A stretch of DNA of 64,000 nt from Oopsacas minuta (lineage: Eukaryota; Animalia; Porifera). The position numbers were made by a program, and so were the translations under genes. Each line of letters opens with the position of its first letter. Positions within the stretch are counted from its first letter, which is position 1. The notes below the pieces were generated by a model. That model saw only the letters and a program-made list of their open reading frames with translations. It was not told the origin of the DNA and made no database searches. Location of the stretch: NCBI GenBank assembly GCA_024704765.1, contig JAKMXF010000266.1:62001-126000 (forward strand), read 5' to 3'. Below, in pieces: positions 16,501 to 26,053 of the stretch.

Positions 16501-19500
16501 TTTGGTAGAGTTATTCCATAACTTGAGTTGGTCAAATCTACCATTGAAATCGTTTCTATTGAGCTGTCATTTTCTCTTCTATTAAATTCAAATGCCATTT
16601 CTTAGAATATACCTTTATTTATTCCATTTTAGTTATGTTATATTTATACTTTGTGGAATTTCTATTTCAAAGTTTGACGTATCAGGAAATGTTTAATTTT
16701 TAATATCCTCAATTAAATATTTCTCATATCCTTGTTGTACCATATTGGGTTTGGGTTTTAGCTAGCTTCCTATCAGACAGGATTCAATTATATTTGTACA
16801 TTCTACTTCCATGTCCTTGTACTTGTAACGTAACAACGTCTGATGATTTGATAAGGATGTCTTTATTGAAAGATTAATTGGGTTATAATTCAATCTTTCA
16901 ATGTGGATTCTCTTACCAATACTGTTCATCTAATATTATTATTTGATTAATTATACTTTCCGTTTAGAGAAGTCCAACTTATTACTTGAGTCCTCGAAGA
17001 GACAAATGTATATTTCTGTTCTCTGACCTGATTATTCTCTGCAGCTCCAGACCTAAGAGCGGTTCCTTAGTGAGAGCTTCTTCTTTCAAGTAAGCACCAT
17101 TTCTATTTTATATTATCAATAATAGCATTTATTTTAATAATTATTCTGTAGTAGTAGTGAGTCTAGTATAATTGACTTAGCTAAGAGGAAACTCAAATTG
17201 ATATGGGAAGCTCCTTTGCATAAAGTTGCTATTGAGAATTATGACTGTAAGTACACCAGTAATAATCTGTATTCTTTATAAGCTAATTCTAATGTTTGTA
17301 TTTGTTTTCTTAGCTCAAGCAGATCGTGAGAAGACTAAAGCAGATAAACACGTAGAAAAGCTTATAGAGGATGAGAAGCGTATGAATGAAATGCTCTTAC
17401 AAATGCAGGATTTTCACTATGGAAATAATGTACGCTTGTTTATTCTTTACTTTTTATTGCTAAAATTACAAAATTTTATTGTAGAACCTAGAGAAAGTAC
17501 TCACAGAATCTTTACACATATTACAAGCACAAATTTATGAGAAAAGATTGAAACTTCCAAGTTTCAGTGCTTATCTAACTCTAATTGATATTGAATCGTA
17601 AGTATACAATACCCTACCCTCCAACACTAAATATACGAGATATTACTTCTAACAATTGTCTTGTATAGGTCTGAGAGGAGGATAATTGTATTTGCAGACG
17701 AGCAGACTAAATTAGACTGGGTTAAAGCTTATAGAGAAGCTCGTAGCAAACAAGGTTAATACCCAAGTCTATAATAAAATAATTTGAGATTTTGTTAAAT
17801 GTGTTCATAGATTCTGAGCGTCAAGAGTTAAGCTGGAGTGTAGATAGAAAAGAAACTCTGTCTCTACCAAATTTCCTTAACCCTTTAATGCTAATGGAGA
17901 GTAGAAGTGGTATGGAAGCTACTTGTGCTTGTCAAGTAGAGACTACACGTTCTGACATAACTACTATGTGGGTATGTCGTAGCGATAAGTTCGGGGGTCA
18001 GGTAGTAGAAGTAATTTCACAGAATGGAGCTCCTCCCAACGTTAATGCTTCTTACACTGTTAGTGCTTCTCCTATTCTTTGTCTAACATCTGTACCTGAG
18101 ACTAGCGTAGAGCTGAATACGATAAATGAAGGTAAGTTACTAGAAATACTCCTAAGAACTGTGGCTAGTGCTATATGTTTTAATTAGAATTACACAAGGA
18201 TCGCGCCATGCTTGCACTGCAAGAAGAAATTTCACGATATAGACCTTACATTAAAGCATCAGGAATGAGATCAGCGTATGCTAGATATTCTAGACCATCT
18301 TCTGGTAGACATTCTGCTATAAGTACATATTCAGAGGGTCTATTAGAATCAGCTACTATCTCTAAATGTTCTTCTACCTCTAATCTATCTGATCTATCAT
18401 CATCTACTAGAGATGTGAGTTGATACAGCGTGTTTGTTTACAATTTGTAATATTTTCTGGTTTAGTATCATATGTCATCACTTGATCAGCTGAATTCTAG
18501 CTTCTCAAATACACAATGGAATGATTCGCCATTCTACATAGAATCATCAAGGAGAGCTGGTGATCTTATCAGTATGGTAAGTGGCTCTGTAACGAGTCTA
18601 GCTAGCTCTTCTGATTACGGACAATCTCTACAAAGCTTAGCAGATGACTGTAGTGCTTCTAATCATTGGGTTAACTCTTCAATTCATGCAACTTCTAAAG
18701 ACGATTTGACACATTTAACTTCAGTGAGTTTATATGAAAATATTTTCATTTATTATTTGATATGTAAGCCATCATAGGAATTTACGAATACTGGGAGAGC
18801 AGTTAGTGAAGATTCACTTGTACTTCCTAAGAACCTGATGAAGCAAATAACACAGTTAGACGATACACACAGCAGAGATAAAGTTATAATATCTAAATAT
18901 GAGAGGTGAGGGAAATCTTATATTATTTATATCCCTCTATTTATGTATTTTCGACAGATTTGGGATAAAGCAATCCTCTCTTGAAGTTCCACATTTAGAC
19001 AATCACAAACAAGAACCTCTAGGTCCTATTAAAACTGTACAGAAATTAATTCAACAATTTTCTCCTGAGAAACGTCACTCTACTAAGGTAGAAGATACAG
19101 AAAATGAGAATTTTGAAGATTACAGAATATTACCAGAAGATAACAGCTCTGAAACACAATCAAAACCTCCGTTACAATCAGCTGAGGAATCCAGTAGGAA
19201 TTTAACTGGCATCTCTCCTGACATTACTCAGAACAAACGGAATTCTAAAGAGCTCAACAGATTATGGCTAGATTCTAGTTTTAACAAGTCTAACCCTCAG
19301 ATACAGATTACTGTTAATGACCCTCAAAACCAGACAGTTATACTCCAGAAGCTTTCAGAGGGTCATAGTATCGATTTACTTTCTACTCAATTAGATCCTC
19401 CTGACAATAAAACTGGTAATATATGCAGAATTTATGATAAATATTCCTATTTTGTTTGTACAACATATCTTTGTTTAGATAAAGAGACTGAGAAAAACGA

Positions 19501-20898
19501 AAAGGTTGAAAAGAAGACAAGTTTCAATAAGATATTGATTCCCAAGATATTCTCTCATATTACTCGTAATTCTAATCCTAAACCTCGGGATATTCCTCCC
19601 TTCACTACCCCTGCTTCTCTTAATCCTGAGACTACTGTTAGCCACAGTAGTCTAGTCAGATCAGATTCAGGTTCACAATCTGATCACAATCGTCCTGCAT
19701 CCAGGAATAAGTTCAAGATGGACGGCCCTACTGTTTGGGTAGGGACTGAATCAGGGGGGTAAGGATGTGATTTCTCTGCTTAATTATAATTATTATAACT
19801 CTTGTATGTTTGTTATAGCCTGATGGTATTCCAATCTGATGCTAACATCCGTACACAATCTAAGCATACAATTAGACTGACACACCCTGCTTGTTCTATA
19901 TGGTAATTACCTATTGATTAGTTTCTGCCATTTCTTGCAATTTAATATTTCATCTCTTCTTAGTTATCACAGGAGCAAAGTGTTCGTAGGATTAGGAAAT
20001 GGACATATGATAATATTTTCATATTCTAAAGGTAATTGATATGTGTAACACTTATAAGTACACTTTTTAACACATAATATCTGTAGTTTCACAGGAGTGG
20101 GCTCAATCCGAGAAGAGACAAGTCTCCCATATAGACCACCGTATCCTCTGTATAACCTCTGTACAACAAGAGACTCTATGGCTAGCAGAGGCTAATAGGG
20201 TACATGTATTTGCTGGAGATGTATTCAAATTTCCAGTTAGTTAATATATCAACATTTAAAGTGAAGAATTTTTGAGTAATTCATATTTTTAGGTTAAGAA
20301 ATTCTCTCTCTGGCCGAAACAAAGGAATTCTTCTCTGATAGTAATCAACCAGATGGTATATGATGGTAACGAGGGTGTATGGGTGTGTCTAGACAGAGAA
20401 CCAACCCTCCATCTGTATAGCATACTTACATTTTCGCAGATACTGCAAGTAGATTGTATGGAGCCTTCATTGAGACTAATCAAAGGTATTTTATATTGAA
20501 TACTATTATCTATCAAGTAATTATATTGTCTATTTATTTTAGATAAAATTCTGTATAAACATATGTCAGATCAATTTCGTATCAGTTCAGTACACGCAAC
20601 TACAGAAGGCACCTGGGTTGGTACCAGTTCTGGGATATTGGCATTCATCTCTACCCCTAAATATGATGCAAGAGAATGTGAAGTAATAACTCCCCCAAGT
20701 GTGTGTCCATCTTATCACGGGCATACAGCTGGCATAAAGTTTATTATTCCTTGGAAGCACAAGTTTATCGAAAGTAACTCACAAGAGATAATTGTTACTG
20801 GAGGCATAGGCTACGAGTATAGAGGAAATACAAAGTATCCTGTAGAATTTGAGAGAGATATTCACAATAGCGGGACTGTTCTTATATGGAGTACATGA
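8480..20898 (+). CDS. ARHGEF17: ARHGEF17/ARHGEF10-family RhoGEF (low-complexity N-terminus, DH-PH, C-terminal WD40-like), multi-exon; hosts 3 nested genes
   Basis: DH start ELRKYVIMNLFDTEISYVRSLESIIK (ends 12286), LTDLLIQPIQRPSRY, PH segment RDKCIFLFSDLIILCSSRPKSGSLVRASS (from 16968), GPTVWVGTESG and TWVGTSSG repeats, stop 20898. N-terminal exon assignment is less certain. Confidence 0.85.
10548..10595. repeat. (AAC)16 microsatellite, intronic
   Basis: 16 perfect AAC units downstream of the GTAAGT donor at 10506. Confidence 0.95.
12330..13361 (-). CDS. Secreted PRSS23/PRSS35-like trypsin-fold protein, catalytically dead, intronless, antisense-nested in an ARHGEF17 intron
   Basis: Signal peptide MFILCILLLFCINITLC. 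YPNNAVVSISHRCNGVAIGYKYVLTSAQC, KYNYALIKL and CDSNNDDKGNP align to the TAAHC, DYAL and GxSGS motifs. First ATG is at 13361; the ORF track starts at a TTG. Confidence 0.8.
   Translation of the reverse strand: MFILCILLLFCINITLCSDRIYLYTKLLPQNTNKTETTHQLNTSYYEVTGSHNNPELHSSTITLIKLETCNENLDPNMNYTTLNEVDCELRTERSVFRRNPLFLVDNTVYPNNAVVSISHRCNGVAIGYKYVLTSAQCIYFSYYKNPRVYVMWVTDGVAKQKEVEINKVLFPIEWIEMKEESERFKYNYALIKLDKSQQTYIPIHMNTPTQNNSQCGLTIKQLGYNFIDNDVSSINESICSSRHETFSTTFLDCDSNNDDKGNPQLTIVKRNGHNTQTVSGILLGDYGKYYLKHNIGDERYNLGIRINYEMFLRLCTWMNKLDECIRHYREYFPINSLGEIKW
13914..13941. repeat. (GTAATTG)4 tandem repeat, intronic
   Basis: Four perfect 7-mers inside a short ARHGEF17 intron. Confidence 0.9.
14803..15978 (+). 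CDS. TRAF-family protein (degenerate RING, TRAF zinc fingers, MATH), intronless, same-strand nested in an ARHGEF17 intron
   Basis: CPFYEQKCGWNGSLDDLHEHLNSEC and CPYGKYGC zinc fingers; MATH domain ISFYVRLLRGDLDESLAWPFKGKMTFTLL. Confidence 0.9.
   Translation: MASRFTPMEDMIYVKNSVEYAGYNQSLLVSCLSEVEKSLLTCVTCDGILRQACLADTGYKCGGCVEKGEDARPAEANRRATKMLQVNCPFYEQKCGWNGSLDDLHEHLNSECSHLPVECPYGCNQCVARSEYHLHTQYECNMRPTKCTYCNRVLASSVLNEHYTKCLEVPVSCPNCCSDAEIPQSQLIGHLDNECPLSHVSCPYGKYGCVADKMPRRDIQEHERLCVHDHLRIICRRLDKLDEAIKTNQSGGALWRVDSIKDKLLAGATFVGPQFYVGMRKFQTVIITQGKQANRISFYVRLLRGDLDESLAWPFKGKMTFTLLSKKPNERKSLKYTFLSEINNPNAFTHLAEDNACCVGFTINNALQHLSSEKLIQDNSILLRSSVEVYL
16167..16598 (-). CDS. Small Maf/CNC-like bZIP protein with atypical basic region, intronless, antisense-nested
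   Basis: EHR-like EIEELPIKHLNYIL...EIEYIRQLRRNVKCKAYMKKSR followed by a Leu heptad zipper. Confidence 0.75.
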   Translation of the reverse strand: MAFEFNRRENDSSIETISMVDLTNSSYGITLPKYGEISQKLNPLQNTLCLGKKEIEELPIKHLNYILSLGFYSQKEIEYIRQLRRNVKCKAYMKKSRFIQREIETRIETEVRELEKRRSKLLEEKSSLEKEIQFYKAQETGEL

Positions 20899-21222
20899 TT
20901 GTGATTATTCATTTATACCGATTTCGCTTACAAATACAAACATCCATCGAGTTTAATGAGTTTATTAATTCGAATCCGATAGTTTGAACATGCCCACACT
21001 TCAAAGACAATTTGTAAATCTTCATATTGCCTAGTTTGGAATTTTTTTTAGCTGAAGAGTGATCTTTTCTATTTTCACTAGTTTTATATTTTATATTACA
21101 TTTTGTTATCTAAAAATTATTTCTGCTTTTGTCTTTTTGATGACATCAGATAAATTAGAATACTTATGTAAAATCCATAGGAGTTGCAGAGCAGATAATC
21201 ATTGGTCTACAGTGTACTAATC

Positions 21223-21292
21223 GTAGGGCGAATTGTCCCGAGACATTACTTTTCGGGAAGAGTTCATTCTGACCTACATTTTTGCAATTTTG
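21223..21292. other. Intergenic three-stem hairpin followed by two U-rich Sm-site-like motifs; weak ncRNA candidate
   Basis: GTAGG/CCTAC, GAATT/AGTTC, TCCCGAGA/TTTCGGGA around loop CATTACT; ATTTTTG at 21278 and AATTTTG at 21286. Confidence 0.25.
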
Positions 21293-21487
21293 ATCATATA
21301 AAACGGACTTAGTTTTAGAGATATGGATAAGCAAGGTGGTTGAGCTACTAGGAATTGAGAATTGCTCTATGCGTCATCTTTTGTTATCATAATCCACGCG
21401 CAATATCCTATCCATAGTATGTTACTGTTATATTTGATAAATTTACCTTTCACTATTAGATTCCTTTTTCGGTACCCAGTTAGCTCA

Positions 21488-22075
21488 ATGCTTTATCTCA
21501 CATCCTTCCTAACTACCCTCCTCTTATTGATAAACCTATCACTATTCACATGTGTACAGGATCCTCCTACAGAAGCATATCTCTTCGCTTCTAAACGTAT
21601 CCTAAACACATACCTAGCAGAGGGTAAAGACATTACTATTATGTATGGTATATTTAACATAGGAATGAAGACCGCATATGATATCAATCTAGATGATGAA
21701 TCTTTAAATAACTCAACTCTTACGATTATTACTGGGCTGACAGATGTAACCTGGCCTGAACTACCTCCTGACTCTAACATAACTCATACAGTTATACTCA
21801 GATCTCCTTTGAATACTGCTAACTATTTGAACTTCTCTTCTGCTATACTAACATATAAACTTTCGAAAGAAGACTCGAATGTTGTTACAACACCCACTAG
21901 CTCTCCTAAGCTAGTTGGCTTGATAGCTAACGCAGAATATTCTAGAAAATTCGATGCTCATTACGTAGACTGGATTGCTTTAGCAGTAATGATCCTCCCT
22001 ACCCTAGCTATTCCCTTTATGATGTTCCGTCACTCTAATAATAGATATGCTACTAACAAAGCTAAATCTCATTAG
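21488..22075 (+). CDS. SSR2: Translocon-associated protein subunit beta, intronless
   Basis: Signal peptide, LFASKRILNTYLAEGKDITIMYGIFNIG, WPELPPDSNITHTVILRS, C-terminal TM segment after YSRKFDAHYVDW. ATG 21488; the ORF track starts at an upstream TTG. Confidence 0.93.
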   Translation: MLYLTSFLTTLLLLINLSLFTCVQDPPTEAYLFASKRILNTYLAEGKDITIMYGIFNIGMKTAYDINLDDESLNNSTLTIITGLTDVTWPELPPDSNITHTVILRSPLNTANYLNFSSAILTYKLSKEDSNVVTTPTSSPKLVGLIANAEYSRKFDAHYVDWIALAVMILPTLAIPFMMFRHSNNRYATNKAKSH

Positions 22076-22249
22076 TCTCAAGTATAAGATCTGTATGTGT
22101 TAATTAATCAGCTAGGGAGATAGGATAATTATATTAGTTTGATAAGTTTGTGTATGCTGAATTGATTAGTTATGAAATTCAATTGTGAATGGGACCCTTT
22201 CCTAATATGTATGTTGTTATTTATTTGATTTAGATTTTACTTATCAGTT

Positions 22250-23969
22250 ATGACAGACGACGCAGATCTAGATAGGTACATTAGAGCTGTTTAGTTGGCT
22301 CAGAATATATATTTATACTCTGTTCTGTAGGCAAATTGAAATACTTAGAAAGTGTGAGGTTATCAAAGAGAGTGAAGTTAAGACTTTATGCTCTAAAGCA
22401 AGGTAGTAACATATCTTAATTACAATTACCGATATTTATTAATTGTATTTATATAGAGAACTGTTGGTTGAAGAGAGCAATGTACAGAGGGTGGATTGTC
22501 CTGTAACAGTTAGTAATGTCATCATGTCTCTACTCTACTCTACTCTACTTCATTACTGTATTTGTAGATATGTGGAGATATTCATGGTCAATTCTATGAC
22601 TTAAGAGAGCTGTTTAAGGTAAGATAGTAAGCTATTCTAGGGCTCATTCTTTTGATGCAAATGACGTAGGTTGGAGGAGATGTCCCTGAGAATAATTATC
22701 TATTTCTCGGTGATTTTGTGGATAGAGGTTACTTCAGTGTAGAAACATTCTTACTGTTATTAGCTCTTAAAGTTAGACATCCAGACAGGATATTTCTAAT
22801 CAGAGGCAATCACGAGAGTAGACAGATTACACAGGTATTAACTAACTCATTGATATAATTAATTCTTATGTCACGTGTACTTCCTCTAGGTATATGGATT
22901 TTATGATGAGTGTAAGAAGAAGTTTGGCTCAGTTAACGTGTGGAGATATTGTACTGAGATATTTGATTTTCTAAGTTTATCAGCTATCATTGAGGATAAG
23001 ATATTCTGTGTACATGGAGGTCTCTCTCCTTCCATAAACACTCTAGACCAGGTTACTGATTAAATACGAATACATATCTCTTCCTAGCTATTAATCATAT
23101 TTATACCTAGATTCGATTGATTGACAGGAAGCAAGAAGTACCACATGATGGACCTATGTGTGATCTCTTATGGTCAGATCCTGAAGGTTACCATTACATT
23201 ATATCTCTTAGTCGTAATATCCACGAATTTGCTTTAAGGGAATTGATAATAGGAACAGCATTGTATATTATATATTTGGATTTACAGATATCGAGGGGTG
23301 GGGAATGAGTCCAAGGGGAGCAGGTTATCTATTCGGACAGGATGTAGTACAACAGGTATAATTCATAATTATTTGTATTCATATCCTATTTTGACAGACT
23401 GTCTTTAGTTTAATCTTATAAATAATGTCGAGATAATATGCCGAGCTCATCAGCTAGTGATGGAAGGATTCAAATGGCATTTCAGTAATACAGTATTGAC
23501 GGTATGGTCAGCTCCTAACTACTGCTATAGGTATTTACTATTGATAACTTTTGATGTTTGTTTGTGTGTAGTATACATATACTGTATAATATAGATGTGG
23601 TAATGTAGCTGCTATATTCATGCTGGATGAACTCCTAGAACATGAATTTAAGCTATTTGAAGCTGCACCTCAGGTTTGTATTATTATATACAGAAATACA
23701 ACTATATGTTCATTCAATTCTAACCATGGATGGTTGATTACGTTTATCTGCTTGGATGTTGTTCTAGTTATTTGAGGAAATTTTCGCTTGGTTGGAGGGA
23801 GATTTATAGATAACATAAAATGAACGAAATTCGCTATCCATGGTTAAATATCTAATAAGCATATATAGAACCATTTTTGACATAAGACACTTAATGTTAT
23901 TCTATATCTATATAGGAGGAGAGAGGAGGTCTCCCTGCCAAGAAGCCGATAGCAGAGTACTTTCTTTAA
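22250..23969 (+). CDS. PPP4C: Ser/Thr protein phosphatase 4 catalytic subunit, multi-exon, intact
   Basis: Joined exons give [60 protein letters not shown] and C-terminal EYFL*. Confidence 0.95.
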
Positions 23970-24160
23970 CTACCTGTTGTACTAACACGAGGTGTTAAAT
24001 ATGAGTTATGCATGCTTACAGTGTGTCTGTGATCCCTTGTGAATTCTGCACTAGATTAATGTTACCACTCTATAAGTTAATTAATGTATATTTGCTATTC
24101 TACTTTAATACAGAATTTATGGAATTTTCCGGGCTTTGAACTGTAATTACACATATTAGG

Positions 24161-25837
24161 ATGTCAGTAGTATTTAGAAGATTTCACGTATTTACAACTA
24201 ATCTGAGAATATGTAAATGCCATCACTCTGGCTCCGTTCTTGTCCTTGGAGTACACAATCTATTCCAGAAGGATCAAGCATTAACTCCACTCTCTAAGCA
24301 AATTAATAAAGAGCTCAATGGACAGATTGTAGCAGGAATTGATAGGATGCGGATTGAGCATGACGTCACTCATGATAAATTCTCTCCTGCAGTAGTTTTG
24401 AGAGATATAAAGTTTGAATCTTTTTCTAAGATCCATATAGTCAACTTATTGCCCTACACTCCACCTCCTGATTCTATCTCACTCCCTCATAGTTCTCAGC
24501 TGTTGTCACTAAGCTATTGTCTGGAGCAGGGTGATTGGGGAGAATTTGAAAATTTTCGTTACAGTGAATGGGTTAGAAGACAATCTGCTTTAGCAGTACA
24601 TCACAATAGGAAGTATAACAGTATCCATATGGACCCTATGTGTGATCCTCAGAGTGTAGCGGAAGGTGCTACTCTAGCTTCTTTCAAGGTTAATTTGAAA
24701 TCCAAAAGTAATGCTAAAGATAACTTGCCGAATATCTCACAATTCAAACAAGGAAATGGTCACGTAGAGCTTTGGAATAAAGGTGTTTTAATCGCGGAAA
24801 TGCAGAATAACGCCCGTAGACTATCAGAACTCCCATCTAATCTTCTAGACCCCGCAGGATTCGTTAGCAATGCTCGATCACTTCTCTATCCAAACGATAC
24901 AGGTTGTCTTAACTATGACGTCAAAGACCCCAAATGGATAGAACATAACCTACCAGGAGTACACCATGTGGCCAAAGGGTCCAAAACAGAACCGCGGTTT
25001 TTAACAATATCATACGAGGGAGACAAAACTACAGAAGATACATATGTAATAATAGGTAAAGGTGTAGTATTTGATTCTGGTGGAATTAGCTTGAAGCCTC
25101 CAGCTAGTATGGAGTTAATGCGAGGAGATATGTCAGGAGCAGCTGTTGCTCTATCAGTATTCAGTGCTTGTGTTAAGCTTAAAGTCCCAATCAATCTCGT
25201 ATGTTTAATCCCATTAGTTGAGAACATGCCTTCCAGCACTGCTATTAAGCCTGGTGATATGATAACAATGCATAACGGTAATAATGTCATAGTCAATAAT
25301 ACAGATGCAGAAGGGAGATTAATACTAGCTGATACATTGAGTTATGCTAACAAGTATAATCCTAAACTAGTTGTGAATATCGCTACATTAACTGGAGCAT
25401 CTGATATAGCTCTGGGAGATTCATATTCAGCTCTATTCTCTAATTGTAATGCATTGAGTGATAAGCTATCTGTGTGCGGGGCTGCTACTGGGGAGTTCTT
25501 ATGGCCAATGCCTATACATTATGATTATCTAGCTGCCTTACGTAAATCCAATGCAGATCTAGATAATATATCAGCTGGCCGATCAGCTGGCTCTGGAGTA
25601 GGAGCTGCGTTTCTCTCTGAGTTTGTGAGTTACCCATGGGCGCATATTGATATAGGAGGTTCTATGATGCAGAAGAGTGAGTCTATTCCTTACCTTAGGC
25701 CTAAATTAATGAATGGACGTCCTACTCGTGCTCTGATCAACTTCTTCTCTAATCCTAAACTCAGTTCTTGTGAATACGTGCAAACTCCTAAACCTTACTC
25801 TCTTACAACAGATAAATACCAGCCTACTTCTGATTAG
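24161..25837 (+). CDS. LAP3: M17 leucine aminopeptidase, intronless, possible mitochondrial presequence
   Basis: GKGVVFDSGGISLKP, GDMSGAA, NTDAEGRLILAD: all metal ligands present. N-terminus is Arg-rich with no acidic residues. Confidence 0.9.
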   Translation: MSVVFRRFHVFTTNLRICKCHHSGSVLVLGVHNLFQKDQALTPLSKQINKELNGQIVAGIDRMRIEHDVTHDKFSPAVVLRDIKFESFSKIHIVNLLPYTPPPDSISLPHSSQLLSLSYCLEQGDWGEFENFRYSEWVRRQSALAVHHNRKYNSIHMDPMCDPQSVAEGATLASFKVNLKSKSNAKDNLPNISQFKQGNGHVELWNKGVLIAEMQNNARRLSELPSNLLDPAGFVSNARSLLYPNDTGCLNYDVKDPKWIEHNLPGVHHVAKGSKTEPRFLTISYEGDKTTEDTYVIIGKGVVFDSGGISLKPPASMELMRGDMSGAAVALSVFSACVKLKVPINLVCLIPLVENMPSSTAIKPGDMITMHNGNNVIVNNTDAEGRLILADTLSYANKYNPKLVVNIATLTGASDIALGDSYSALFSNCNALSDKLSVCGAATGEFLWPMPIHYDYLAALRKSNADLDNISAGRSAGSGVGAAFLSEFVSYPWAHIDIGGSMMQKSESIPYLRPKLMNGRPTRALINFFSNPKLSSCEYVQTPKPYSLTTDKYQPTSD

Positions 25838-26053
25838 TTTATTACGGTCCTATTTCTACGATTATTTAGGTTATTTTGTAGTTTGTATCACTTTACGAAT
25901 ATCTGGTGGGATGCCAAATACCGATATTACGGAGTTCCACAACAATCAACTGTAGCCTTCAGTCAAATGCTCCTATTATTATTGTTGTTGTTTGGATAAA
26001 CAATTTGTTTTCACATAATTAGCAAAGGTGATAATTCAATCCTACTGTACTAC

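Noticed and set aside
24913-25296. Antisense or alternative-frame ORFs over long CDSs (e.g. 24913-25296, 37168-37425, 38625-39026, 40789-41316, 60442-61290)
   Set aside because: Shadow ORFs with no recognisable motifs, expected opposite real coding sequence.
24161-25837. Horizontal transfer of LAP or the sterol reductase because they are intronless
   Set aside because: Many clearly eukaryote-specific genes here are also intronless and composition matches the neighbours; only a phylogeny could support transfer.
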